Assembly: GCA_043228905.1 (NCBI GenBank)
Contig: JBHGNT010000004.1
Coordinates: 7,440,001 to 7,504,000, forward strand
Source: Azolla caroliniana
Taxonomy: Eukaryota > Plantae > Polypodiophyta
Direction of reading: 5' to 3'
DNA: 64,000 bases
Below are positions 25,370 to 38,200 of the stretch, piece by piece (positions within the stretch are counted from its first letter, which is position 1; each line of letters starts with the position of its first letter). The translations under genes and the position numbers were made by a program. The notes under the pieces are model-generated. The model saw nothing but the letters and a program-made list of their open reading frames with translations. It was not told where the DNA came from and did not search any database.

Positions 25370-27660
25370 CTCTATTATCAAACCGCAAGCATTTCAGTTT
25401 TCAGCCGGATTGGTTTTCCACTATGCCAAGCCATTCCTGGAAGATCGAGAACACTCGATCTTTAGTTCTAGCCGGGTATGCCCACACTTTCCTAGTCAAG
25501 TCGTCAATAAAGCTGATGAAGTAGGAAGCACCACCAAGGGACCGATGTGGCATTGGGCCACAAACATCTGAATGGATTAAATCAAGTGGGCTCGATTTTC
25601 ATAGTGATGCCATTGGTTGTGAGATAGCAGTCCGTTTGCCGTTGTGGCAGTGCTCACAAAACTAGTGGTCCTAGAATGAGAGCTTGGGGATATATCCAGC
25701 TCTGGATAAGTGCGTTATGCCGGCCTTGCTGAGGTGTCCAAGTCGTCCATGCCATAGTGATGACACGGAGATGTCTACCAGAAACAAGTCACCCTCTCTG
25801 AGTGTGACATACAACAAGTACAATGAATGTACTTTTGGATCTCGAACAAGTAGGAGGTTCCCCTTGTGGAGTGTCCACCCTCTTGATGAGAAGCTAGCAC
25901 GGATGTCGTCTTCGTCCAATTGTTCGACTGAGATCAGCGGTTGTGAGAGCTCAGGTACATGTCAGACATTGTGTAGTACTAATGTAGAGCCACCTGGAAG
26001 ATTGAGCTCTACAATGCCGATTCCAATTATACCACAATGTTGTGAGTTTTCGACTCAAACAGAGTCAGAATGCCAAATCGAATATTTTTGAAATTGGGAT
26101 CTGTGAGGGGTCACATGGTATGAAGTGCCTAAATCCAAGAGCCAAGTGCTTGACTCTTCAGTCGCAAGTAGAACTTTTGATTCGATTGAGTGTTCGATGA
26201 ACAGAATGTTCTGGTCATTTGACAATACTTCAGCTGAAGAGCCGACGTAGTTGACCTCCTCATGCCTGCACCCTTCTGATCAACTCGCTGAGCTTTATCA
26301 TTCTTAGCTTTGAGGGTGTGACAATCGGCCTTGATGTGTTCGGGTTTCTTGGAATAGTTGCAGATTTGATTGTCCGGGGACTTGCTCCGACTTCGCTGAT
26401 TGTTTGGTGGTTGGGATTATTCCTTAATTGTTCAATCGGTCAGTTGAACCTTGTACTACATATGTGTCACTGGCTAAATCGTTTGCAAAAGATTTTCTCC
26501 GAGCTTCTTTTGTCAGGATTACGTTTGTGACTTCAGAGTATTTTATTGCTATAGCCAACGCAATGCACACAATTGTGACGAAATTTTGCCAAGAAGGGGG
26601 GAGACTACTCATGAGCAACATAAATCTCAATTTTTTTTCAATTGTCGTCCCTTGGGCCGAAATTTGGGAGCTTAGAATTTCGTACTCATTCAGGATGTAG
26701 AGGCGCCAAATCAAATATATCTTTGTGGCGGCAACCTTCATTTTGTAAGTGTTTGAGAGTGTCTTCCATAGTTGAAAGGTGGCCGAACATGATTGCACTG
26801 TGAAGTACACTGACTCAGACAAGTGCATTCGAATTGTGGCGTGGACGATTCTATCTAGTTCCTGCCACTCATTTGGCTTGTATCCTTTTGGAGCATCTTC
26901 AGTCTCGATTGGGTCAATCTGGCCCTTGACTATTAGATAGTTTTGCGTTTTTTTTCTTCTAGAAGTTGAAGTTCGATCCATCAAAACTTCCATAGACTCA
27001 TTTCTGATGAGCCAGATGTTGATGCTAGCCTTGGGAGATTGTGTCAAGAGTTGGCTACAAACAGTGGCAGGATGCACCCGACTAGGTCACCCGAATTCGT
27101 TCTAGCCCGATTTGGACATGAGTTTGTCGATTGGGTTTTAGATGACTATTGGATGGTGAGTTTTCTCCAAGTGGCTACAATGAGTGGAGGGACATAAACG
27201 ACTGACTGGTCTTCCCGAATATTGCTTAGTCGAGTTGAGTACAACTATATGCCAAGTAGGTTCCTAATACCAATTTTAGAGGACAATCATAGATTATGTG
27301 CCTTCTTTTCAGGTCGATCTTGCTTCAAGTGACTACGATGATTGGAGGAACAGATTTAAACTATTCTTCCCAAATTTCGTTTGGCCAAGTGAAGCACATA
27401 TGAAGTTGCTCCTAGGGCTGGATCTGCTTTGAGTGATTACAATAAATGAGTAGGTTGTGTCTAACCTGGTAAAGCACAATTGAGGCCAATTTGATAGAGA
27501 TTCCACTTTGAGCGGCTCCAATCACAAAAGCAAGGTATAGCCGGCTAGCTTACCTTAAGAGTGATCTAGCTCAGTAGAGTGCAAGGTATATCCAGCTGGC
27601 TTACCTTAAGAGGATTTCTGCCCTAAATATATACATACATAGGGTCTTTTAGCCGTTCAC
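25370..27660 (-). mobile_element. 5' part of old copia element F (LTR, degenerate PBS, gag, protease, start of integrase)
   Basis: ORFs 26424-27077 (gag-like) and 25671-25919 (LWHGRLGHLS); WLLDLGTSYH; KLKCLRFDN at the C junction; degenerate PBS at ~27261-27272. The outer LTR boundary is uncertain. Confidence 0.8.
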
Positions 27661-27759
27661 GCTTCCCGTGTGAACTGTTACATGCATTTCTTACACTTTT
27701 ACTATATTATAATATTTCTATGCTTTTGTCCTTCGGTTACTATTCTGGCGGACAACACT

Positions 27760-27776
27760 TGGCACGCCTGTGGGAC
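27760..27776 (+). promoter_or_regulatory. tRNA-Arg-type primer binding site following an LTR-like end (..GGACAACA, 27757)
   Basis: TGGCACGCCTGTGGGAC resembles the complement of the plant tRNA-Arg 3' end (TGGCACGCCC.GTGGGAC) used by Tat/Ogre-type gypsy elements; it sits 2 nt after a CA terminus. Confidence 0.65.
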
Positions 27777-29599
27777 AGTGCCATGGCACGTCGGACCCAC
27801 CCCTTTATTCTTCCTCCAAAATAGCCCAGATGTTTGGTTCTGCTCCGATGTCCTGGTCCGGGGACGATGTAGTGTCCGTAGGCGCGTCGTTGCGCGGTTC
27901 CATGTTTTTTACTTGCTCGGTGGGGCTTTCCATGTGGTCAATCTCTCCCTATGTATGCGGTCTAGGCTCTGCTGGCTCATCCCGTTCTACTATGGCTGGC
28001 TCATCCATCTATGGGCGCTCGGTATGTTGAGGCTCTATCTTGTCCGTAACTTCCTCCGTGTTGTCAGCCATAGTCGTCCGCTCCGGTGAATGGGGCAGAG
28101 GTTCCTCCTGTTCGGTGCTCTCACATTTCGATATCGTGATGGGCTCCGCTTGTTGTCCCGTGTTGTCTACCGTAGTTGTTATTTCCGGTGACAAGGGCTG
28201 AGGTTCCTCTTGTTCGGCAGTATCACTTACTGGTATCGCGATGGGTTCCGCGCTTGGTCGCGTGCTGCCTGTTTGCATGATTTGGTGAAACATATCCTCC
28301 TGACCTTCGCTGAAATCGTCCAGAAGCTGCGCGAGTTCCTCAGAGTGCTAGTTCGCTAGCATGCAATAATCCTACGCTAGGTCCTCGCACATGCGTGTAG
28401 AAGGGGTGGGACCATGGGGGTCTTGGACGAGGGAGAAAAGGGATGCCAAGAAAACCGACTCTGGACACGACCCGGAGGAAACCAAACACGAGAGAGAGAG
28501 AGAGAGAGAAAAAAAAGGCATGCGCGCGACGCCGAGTCTTATGCACAGGAAACGAGAAGGGCTATTCCCCCCTTATTCTATACACCATTTTACTATTATA
28601 CATGTGCACATGTTGCACGTTGCCGACTTGCCCATTCCACCCTGGTTTCACACTATAGCCAGAAATCTTCACGACATCTACCCCCACCAAACCGCACATG
28701 CACCAGTATGTGCCAAGAAAGGAAGAGGGTGAGAGATTTCGACGACGGTGATTATCCGGGTCCTCCGCCTTACCGACACCCGACCATCTCGCCGGCTCCT
28801 TACCGGCCCCGCCCATATCCAGCGTTGACGCCTTTCTTGCCAATCGGTCCTCCCGAACGCCGTTGCCGACTCGGTCACTTTGTCTATCGTGTATGTTCTC
28901 CGATTGGGCCCCCAGTCACTCCGATCGCACACCGGATTCCACCCATCGCATGCCGCATATGTCCTTCCTTTGGTTCGATCGTCTCTGCATCCCGAACACC
29001 TCCGCGTGCTGACTCTCTCTGCGTAGTTCAACACCACTGTGCTGAACTCCGGTTACCCTTTCGCACGCATTGTCGGCCCTTGCCCGACCAGATTGTGCAA
29101 TGCCTTCTTCTCCACATACCGGAGTCCTCCGTGTCCGAGGAACACCCCATAGTAGCCCGCTTGGCCCCCCTTTCGTCTCGCGCCGCTGCGAACGGTCCGG
29201 AGCCTTCTGCTTGCTGTCGTCCCCTCGCCCCCACCGGCTCGTTATCTCGGGCTTGGCTTGCCACGCCAGTCATTGCCACTCCAACTGAGCCACCGAGATC
29301 TCCAAAGCGAGTGTGAAGGATCCTTCTCTAGCTCTTGATACCGTCTTTGGTCTTCAACCGTGCAGTCCGTTGCGCACCGCCGTGTGTCGTCTTCCGCCGT
29401 CCTTGTTCGGCACCGCCTGTGCCGAACACCGATCGATCCGCTCCCGGGTGTGCTTTTCCGGCTTGGCACATCGCTCCTTGCTTGCCCTTACTGGCTTCTT
29501 CCGAAACCGTAACCGGCCGGTAAGGGTTTGCCCCTTCTTCAATTCGAGTCTTGTTGGTTCCCGTCTCACCGGCTCCCAATTGGCTCTTCCTGCATTTCT

Positions 29600-30280
29600 G
29601 GTTCCCGTTTCTTGCCGCCACCATCCTTCTCACTCGATCTCACATTGCCACGTCGGCTTGATTTGCCGGTGTCTCCGGATTGGTGTGAGGATCCCATAGG
29701 ACCGGTCTCTCTTTCTCTTCTCCCGCCTTCCCCGTTGCCTTCCAACACGGTTTCCGTTAGTGACCGCTTTGCCGTCCCTTCTACCCGATCCCGTTCTCCT
29801 GCCGCCACCACCCTTCTCACTCGGTCTCATGTTGCCATGTCGGCTTGAATTGCCAGTGTCTTCGAATCGGTGTGAGGATCGCCGTAGGATTGCCCATCTG
29901 CACTTCCCACATCGCCGGTTCCCGTTTCCTGCCACCACCATCCTTCACACTCGGGCTCACGTTGCCATGTCGGCTTGAACTTCCGGTGTCTCCGGATTGG
30001 TGTGAGGATCCCATAGGACTGTCCCATCATTGCCTCCCCATCCGGATCAGTTGTATTGGCTGTGACCTCCACGTCGTCACCGCCACCCGCCTTCTCTCCG
30101 GTCCTATGTTGATCTGCAACCGCCGAACTCTCGGGAACGAGTGTGGAGGACCCATACTTCACTCAACCACCTTTTCCGTTTCTCTCCATCACCGTTGTTC
30201 CCCTTTCTTGCACTTCCCTAGCATTTCCCTTCTCTTTTGGTCTCACGTTGCCATGTTGGCTCGAACTGCCGAAGTCTCCG
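29600..30280. repeat. ~85-100-bp imperfect repeats within G
   Basis: CCACCATCCTTC.CACTCG.TCTCA..TTGCCA.GTCGGCTTGA..T.CCGGTGTCT..TGTGAGGATC at ~29617, ~29804, ~29935 and partially at ~30240. Confidence 0.85.
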
Positions 30281-31264
30281 GTCAAGATGTGGGGTAACCG
30301 ATTTCGTAACGTCTTCTGGCGACTCCTCCTAGGCCACCGACCCCCTTTTGGTGTCGGTGTATAGCATCCGCTCTGTGATCAACCAAGGCCCCCTTGGGCT
30401 TGATTGTCCAATGTCCAGAGTTTCGGCTCCGATGCCGATCCTGCCGGACTCTTTCTAAACCCTTGATCACCTTCCTTTCAATTCCCGACCTTTGCCGAGT
30501 TGGTCTTTCTCCCCATGTAAAAGAGGGCGGCTCGTTCCGCACCCTCTTCCGTATCGGTACCTTCATGCCGATTTCTGGCCCTGGTCGAACAATCCATGAC
30601 CGGATCGTGCTCCACTCGAATCGGTGCGCCACGTGGTTCGGTCCTCGGTTGGGTCGTTTCCTAGTTCCTCCGTCGACCTTCTCGCGGGCCATTTCCCATC
30701 CATCTTCGCTGGAATCGTGCCAAGACTCCTCCATATCGTCATCCATCTCCTCGGTCTCATGTGGGCGTAAGGGCCCGAATGCCGAGTTCTCCGGAATCGG
30801 TTCCAAGGGCTTTCTGACAGGAACTACACACTCCCTTTGAACAACACTCGGCCACAACCGAGCCTAGAATAAAACACAAAAAACAGGGAATGAAACACAA
30901 CACGATAGAGAGAAGAGTACACAGGATGTTTACATGGAAAACCCAAACTCGGGAAAAAACCACAGCAGCCCACAGACCGCAAACTATCACTATGTCAGAA
31001 TGTACAATAAGAAAGCACCGAGGCCACAACCTCGAGCTTGCTATCTTCGCCACAGCCGGCGGTTACAATCAGAGGCAACAACCTCTTCCTCTCTCTTACT
31101 CTCTTTGTACACAGTTGCACGCTCTAATCTTGCGCCAACAAGAATGACAACAACTATCTCATAAGTTTGCCCTGAGTCATATTTATACTAATATGACTTT
31201 TCGGCTATTTACAACTATAGCCCAGATGGACTCTAAGAAACATATTTACAAATATGTCCCTTCA

Positions 31265-31525
31265 TCCGGTGAGCACTTCTCACTGGGCCTGCATCATCCG
31301 GCGCTAACCGGGTACTCCTTGTCCGGTTCTCATCGGGTCTTCCATAGCTGGGTCTTCGTCATCCGGTTCTCACCGGGTCTTCCGTAGCTGGGTCTTCCGT
31401 AGTTGGGTCTTCCGTCATCCGGTTGTCACCGGGTCTTCCGTAGCTGGGTCTTCCGTAGTTGGGTCTTCCGTCATCCGGTTCTCACCGGGTCTTCCGTAGT
31501 TGGGTCTTCGTCATCCGGTTCTCAA
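31265..31525. repeat. Minisatellite expansion inside the H 3' LTR (related array at ~34990-35240)
   Basis: Repeated CATCCGGTTCTCACCGGGTCT and TCCGTAGCTGGGTCT units. Confidence 0.85.
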
Positions 31526-32170
31526 GGCCGCGGCCGAGTTTGCTCATCAGTACTGTTCTTCTCACTTCCCATCCAGAGGGACCTGTTTCCTGACAAAATC
31601 CCCCTTCACTCCGGCATGGGATGTCTTACTAGTTTGATCCGCTTCCGGTATGCATCCAGCTTGTCGGGTATTAGTACTTTAGTCAGCATATCTGACCCGT
31701 TCTCGGCCGTGTGAATCTTCTTCACCGCGAACTCCTGGTCATCTACTCTTTCCCGGATCCAGTGATACCTTCGCTAGATATGCTTCGTCCGGGAATGGTA
31801 GCTCTCCGATGAAGTCCTTCATCCATAATATTTCCTTGCCGGCTTCCACAACCGCCATGTACTCCGCCTCCGTGGTTGACAACGCAACCGTCTTCTGCAG
31901 CCTCGACTGCCACGAAACAAACCCCCCTGCATATGTCATTACATACCCGGATGTAGACTGGCTGGTATCCACAGCAGCCGACATGTCCGAATCGGTAAAA
32001 ATGTCAAGTTGAGGTTTTCCGGAGCCGAATCGGAGACACATATTTGAAGTGCCCTTCAAGTACCGGAGTATCCATTTGACCGCGTTCCAGTGCTCCTTGC
32101 CGGGATTGCTCATAAACCAGCTCACCACTCCGATTGCGTATCCTATATCTGGTCGGGTACACACCATTGC

Positions 32171-33829
32171 TTACATTAAGCTCCCGACGGCAGAGGCATA
32201 TGGAACCTTCATCATACCCGCCTTCTCTACTGTCATCTTCGGGCTTTGCTTACCGGATAACTTGTAGTTTGCCGGAAGTGTCGATCCGACCGGCTTCGCA
32301 TTTGACATGTTGAACCGCTGAAGCACCTTTGTCATGTACTTCTTCTGTGACAGCCACAATTGCTTCATTGACCAGTTCTGGATAATATGCATCCCCAGCA
32401 TCTGTCTTGACGGACCCAAGTCTTTCATCGCGAAGGTTTGGTTCAGAGCCTTCTTCAGCATCCGTATTTTGGCTTGGTCCCGTCCGACGATCAACATGTC
32501 GTCCACGTACAGAAGGAGTATTAGGAAGTCGCCTCCTTCGAACTTCTTCACAAACACGGAGTGATCGGCCTGCGTCTTGTGGTACCCTTGATCGGTCATG
32601 AAGGAGTCGAACTTCCGGTACCATTGTCGGGGAGCCTGTTTCAGTCCGTACAAGCTCTTCTTCAACCGGCATACCAGGTGCTCCTTCCCCTTCTCCACGA
32701 ATCCTTCCGGTTGCTGCATGTAGATCTCCTCTTCGAGGTCACCATGAAGGAATGTCGTCTTCACGTCCAGCTGCTTTACCTCGAGGTCCATGCTTGCCGC
32801 TATGCTCAGCACCGTCTGGATGGAGGTCATCTTTACTACCAGGGCAAATATCTCGTCGAAGTTCAGGCCCTTCTTCTGATGGAACCCCTTCACCATGATT
32901 GTGGCTTTGTATCTCGGGGGGTTGTTGGCATCTCCCGGTTTCAACTTGTACACCCACTCGTTTCGGAGTGCCCGCTTTCCTTTTAGCAACTCCATCAATT
33001 CGTACGTATGGTTCTCATGTAGGGAATCCATTTCATCCTGCATGGCACTTAACCATTTGCGGTTGTGGGTGTCATCCTTCGCTTCTTCGAAGCTTTCTAG
33101 CTCCCCCTCATCAGTCAGCAACACATGCTCTGCATCCGGAAATCTCCAGGGGGCCCTTCTCTCTTTGAGAGGATATCTTCGTCTCTGGGCTTCGGTAATC
33201 GGCTCCTCCATTTGCTCTCCATCCAAATCCGATTCGGGGTCTTGGCCGGTTCTGGTTTCGGCTTCCTCTATTTCTTCTTCTGTCGGTTCGGTATCCTCAC
33301 CGTAACCGGCTAGTTCCTCGAGTGCTAACCGGTCTCTTGCCGGTTGGGTCTGCTCATCGTAGAATCGATCCTTACCGGTCGACTCGGAGTTCATTATCTT
33401 CTTCTCCAACTCCCAGTCGGCGAGTGTTTTGTCCTCCATGAAGATAATATCTCGACTCCGGAATACCTTCTCGTCGACCGGGTCCCACACTCGGTAGCCG
33501 AACTCATCGTCGCCGTAACCGAGGAATATGCATGGCCGGGTCTTTGGGTCTAACTTTTCTCTCCGGTCCTTAGCTACATGCACGTACGCAAGACACCCGA
33601 ATACCTTCAGATGCCGGTAGGATACTTCCTTACCGGTCCAGACTCTCTGTGGCATGTCTCCGTACAAGGGTACTAAGGGTGATCTGTTTATCACATATGT
33701 CGCCGTCGACAGTGCCTCCGCCCAAAACTTCTTGGCTAGTTTTGCATGCGCCAGCATACTCCGGACCCTCTCATTTATGGTCCGGTTCATCCTCTCGGCC
33801 AGCCTGTTTAGGTCCGGCGTCTTCGGCAC
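32171..33829 (-). pseudogene. pol: Integrase core plus reverse transcriptase of H (longest ORF in the window)
   Basis: AERMNRT, GYGDDEFGYR, QLDVKTTFLHG, SLYGLKQAPRQWY, LYVDDML. Confidence 0.92.
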
Positions 33830-35262
33830 GGTAAATTCGAGCCGGATTCCCTTCGAGTGACAGTACTCCTCGAATTGCCCCCGGTATTCACCTCCGTTAT
33901 CTGCTCAAACCGCCTTCAGCTTCCGGCTGGTTTCTCTTTCCACTCTCGCGTGGAGCTCTTTGAAGACGGATAGTACCTGATCCTTCGGCTTCAACAGTGT
34001 GGCCCACAGCTTCCGGTTGTAGTCATCTATGAACGTCATGAAGTACTGCGATCCGGCATGTGACTTCATATCCACTTGACATACATCAGTATGCACCAAC
34101 TCCAGTGGTGCATTACGTCTCATCGGTGGCCTCGATCGGAAGGAGGTCCGGTTTTGTTTACCGGCCAGACAATCAGTGCACTTCTCCAAGTGCACGTTCT
34201 TCACTGGAATGAGGTTGTCTTCTGCAAGCCTCTTCATCCCCTTCTCGCTCATGTGGCATAGTCTCTTGTGCCACAACTCACCGGCAGTGTCAGATGCCAT
34301 GTTCACTTCTTCCGGGCATAACCGGGCATTCATCAGGCACAGCGTGTTGACCTTTCGGGCTCGAGCCACAATCAGGTTCCCTTTACTGAACTTCATAACA
34401 CTGTTCCGAATGCTATCCGTGTAGCCTTCATCATCTAGCCGACCGGCTGATATCAGGTTCAGAAGAACCTTCGGAACGTGTCGGACATCCTTCAATAGCA
34501 ACTTGCATCCGGTTGGTGTTGCCAGCTACACGTCTCCTATGCCGACAATTTGGCATGTACCTTCATTCCCCATCCGGACACAACCGTGATCACCGGCGGA
34601 GTAAGATACAGGAATGAATGCACGACACATTGAAGAGAAGAGTACACAGGATGTTTACGTGGAAAACCCAAATACGGGAAAAACCACGACAACCCACAGA
34701 CTGCAAACTATCACTATGTCGGAATGTACAAAATGGTAAAGCACCGAAGCAACGACCTCAAGCTTTCTATCTTCGCCACAGGCGGCGGTTACAACAGAGG
34801 CAACGACCTCTTCCTCTCTCTCACTCTCTGTACACAGTTGCACGCTCTAATCTTTCGCAAACAAGAATGACAACAACTCTCCTCATAAACAAAGTTTGCC
34901 CTAAGTCATATTTATACTAATATGACTTTTCGGCTATTTACAAATATAGCCCCGATGGAGTCTCAAAAACATATTTACAAATATGTCCCTTCATCCGGTG
35001 AGCACTCCTCAACCGGGCCTTCACCATCCGGCTCTTGCCGGGTATTCCTCATCCGGTTCTCACCGGGTCTGCACCATCTACCTCTCCATAGCCGGGTATT
35101 CCTCATCTGGTTCTCACCGGGTCTGCACCATCCGGCTCTCCGTAGTCGGGTACTCTTCATCCGGTTCTCACCGGGTCTGCACCATCCGGATCTCCGTAGC
35201 CGAGTACTCTTCATCCGGTTCTCACCGAGTCTTCACCATCCGGAGGGACCTGTTTCCTAACA

Positions 35263-38200
35263 TAAAGCACCCTCCTCCCACCTTGTATAGTGTTGAGTCT
35301 TTCTCCTTTGTCAATATACTTTTACCTTGTGTATTCTCTGTGTTTCACTCACTCTCTCTCTCTCTCTTACACATACACATAACTCACATCTCTTCCGCTT
35401 CACAAGAATCCATCTCTTGATTCTTTACATGGTATCAGAGCGATTTGGTAGCTTGATCTAGCCCATTCGCCTCATCGTGATCGTGTGTTGTGCTCTACGC
35501 CGACGACCAAGAACCGGCTCATAGCTATCGTAGCTTCGCTACATAGCTCGCAATTGAAGAGAGAAGAAGAAGAAGAAGAAGAATCGACATAATGAATACT
35601 TAAATGGGGAGCGCTCTCCCTACCGAGAAGTTGGATCGAAACAACTTCACATCTTGGGAGTACAAGATGCACCAATACCTTGTCGGACAAGGCTATTGGA
35701 GCTACATCAAAGGAGCGCATGAAGACCGACCTGCCGAAGCGGCTCCCAGATACGCGACATGGGAGCAAGTCGCAAACCATGTGATGTATTGTTTGGCGAC
35801 ATGTGTTCACTACCACATGCTCGGTTACATTCGAGAAGCCAAGACGCCGAAGGAAGAGTGGGAAAATCTACGAAAGATTTTCGTCGCCAACACGGCCGCG
35901 AGGAAGCTTCAACTCCGCCAAGAGTTGAACAACATTCAACAAAGGGACATGTCCATCATGATATACACCTTGAAGATCAAGGAGCTTTGCGACTCGCTCG
36001 GCTCAATAAGCGTAAGTATAGATGATGATGAGATGGTGCAAATATGCCTCGGTGGCCTCGCACCCCAGTTCGGCGCGATGCGAACCGCCATTCTAGCACG
36101 GGAGAAATCTCCCTCCTTCTTCGAGATCCAATCAATGCTATTGGTCGAAGAAAACCACGTGCATACAAGGAGCAATGAGTCGGAAGGCCACATGGTCTAC
36201 ACGCACTCTAATGGAGGAAGAGGACGCGGACGAGCGAGAGGCCGATTCGGCCAAGGACAAGGCGGACGAGGTCCGATCTACGCCAACAACTCCCAATTTC
36301 GGCCGCAAAACGAAGGCCAACGAGGAACCTTCGCAAGAAGGGGGAGCTTCCACTCCGGCCCGAGCCGTCAAAACGCAACCGAATGCGGATATTGCGGAAA
36401 TCTCTGCCACCACGAAGAAGAGTGCCGAAAGAAGATGCGTGAATCGGCTTCCACAAGCCGACAACTCACGAATTACGCACACAACTCTGACTACGAAGAT
36501 CGTGGCGGAATGTATGCACACAACTCCAACCGTGGCGAAATGTACGGGCACAACTCTGACTACGGAGATCGTGGCGGAATGTATGTGCACAACTCCGACC
36601 GTGGCGGAATATTCATGATGAAACATAGAGCAAACTCTATGTCAGCCGCTACCTTAACTAGTGCCTCCAGTCTAGAAGACGTATGGTTCGTCGATTCCGG
36701 TGCCTCGAACCATATGACATCACATCAAGAATGGTTCTGAGAAGTTCGAGAGCCGGACCGACCCGGCTATGTCGAAACGGGAGATGACACTACGCACCCG
36801 ATTCGGCACATTGGCAATGTTCCGTTCAGAAAAGAAAGTAAGCAAAATTACATTAAAAATGTGTTGCATGTACCGACCATTACGAAGAATTTGGTTTTCG
36901 TCAGCCAAATTATAGAGCAAGGGATGCAAGTTCGATTTAATCAAGGCGGTTGCTTCATCGAAAAAGAGGTCCGACTCATCGCACGCGGATGAAGAGATGG
37001 CCGGATGTTCATTCTCGATTCACGCGAGATGAAATCCGCCATGTTCGCGAAAAACACGAAAGCCGACTCCGACATAGAGCTATGGCACAAGCGAATCGGC
37101 CACATCAATCTCAACAAACTCAAAGCAATGAAATCGAAAGGAGTCGTCATCGGACTACCGACATTCAAAGAGAAGGAGATTGAAGGTGTATGCGAAGCAT
37201 GCCAATTCGGCAAGCAACACCGACACCCATTCCTGAAAGAGCAGAACGTGAGCAAAGGTCTACTCGACGTAGTCCATTCCGATGTATGGGGCCCGGCGCA
37301 GATGGCTACATTCGGCGGATACCGATATTACGTGCTCTTCATCGGCGACTTCTCTAGGCACACTTGGATCTACCCGATGCGGCAAAAGAGCGAAGTGTTC
37401 GGATACTTCCAAAATTTCAAGAGTGAAGTCGAGAAAGCCACGGGCTGACATGTACGATGCCTTCGATCGGATGGCGGCAAGGAGTACTTCTCGGACGATT
37501 TCACGGCGTCTCTCCGAAAGGAAGAAATTCGGTGAGAATTCACTTGCCGACACACTCCGCAACAAAACGGAGTAGCCGAGCACAAAAATCGGCACATCCT
37601 TGAAGTAGCGCGAGCCATGATGAACAAGAAGCATATGCCCAAGTCATATTGGGCCGAAGCTGCAAATACGGCCATCTACCTAATGAACCGGTGCACAACA
37701 TCCGGCGTGCACGAGGTCACTCCGCACGAAAAATCCTTCGAAAAGAAGCTGGACTTATCGCACATCCGCATATTCGGAGTGATAGCGTACGTGCACATCC
37801 CCGACGAGAAGCGTCAAAAGTTTGACCAGAAGTCGGAGAAATGTATCCTCGTAGGATACTCATTGGAGCAAAAGGGGTACAAGTGCTACAACCCTTCAAC
37901 TCGAAAATCTCGAGTAAGTCGAGACGTCGTCTTTGACGAGTCTGCATCCTGGTACGCACCAGAGACAACTCCGACTCCGACTCCGCTCGACCCGGAATCT
38001 GCCGACCAAGAGATCGAGGATGAAGATCGCCCTACGTGCGTGATTGAAGAAAGTCCAATCACGACCCGACTGAGCGAACCACAAGAGCCTTTGAGCGATC
38101 AAAGCACATCACGGCCTAGACCGAAGATGGACAAAGGCAAGGCGAAAATTGTGGAATATAAAGACGATTGCTTCGATGACGATGAATCGACTCACTCACT

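Larger units (their letters stand above)
30815..35262 (-). mobile_element. Copia element H (C/E family); gag-less chimera of two insertions
   Basis: 3' LTR 30815-31595; PPT 31596-31610; integrase-RT ORF 32171-33829 (552 aa); ORF 33905-34501. Abrupt jump at ~34605 into a 5' LTR remnant ending at 35262. Flanks CTTTC and TAAAG do not match. Confidence 0.88.

Noticed and set aside
27276-27757. Whole interval as the 5' LTR of F
   Set aside because: The CA at 27757 is followed by a plus-strand tRNA-Arg PBS, so the right part more likely belongs to a different element. No second F LTR is available to fix the boundary.
28414-29316. 300-aa plus-strand ORF as a host gene
   Set aside because: It crosses an LTR/PPT boundary and a GA microsatellite, is Pro/Arg-rich low complexity in GC-rich DNA, and has no recognisable domain.
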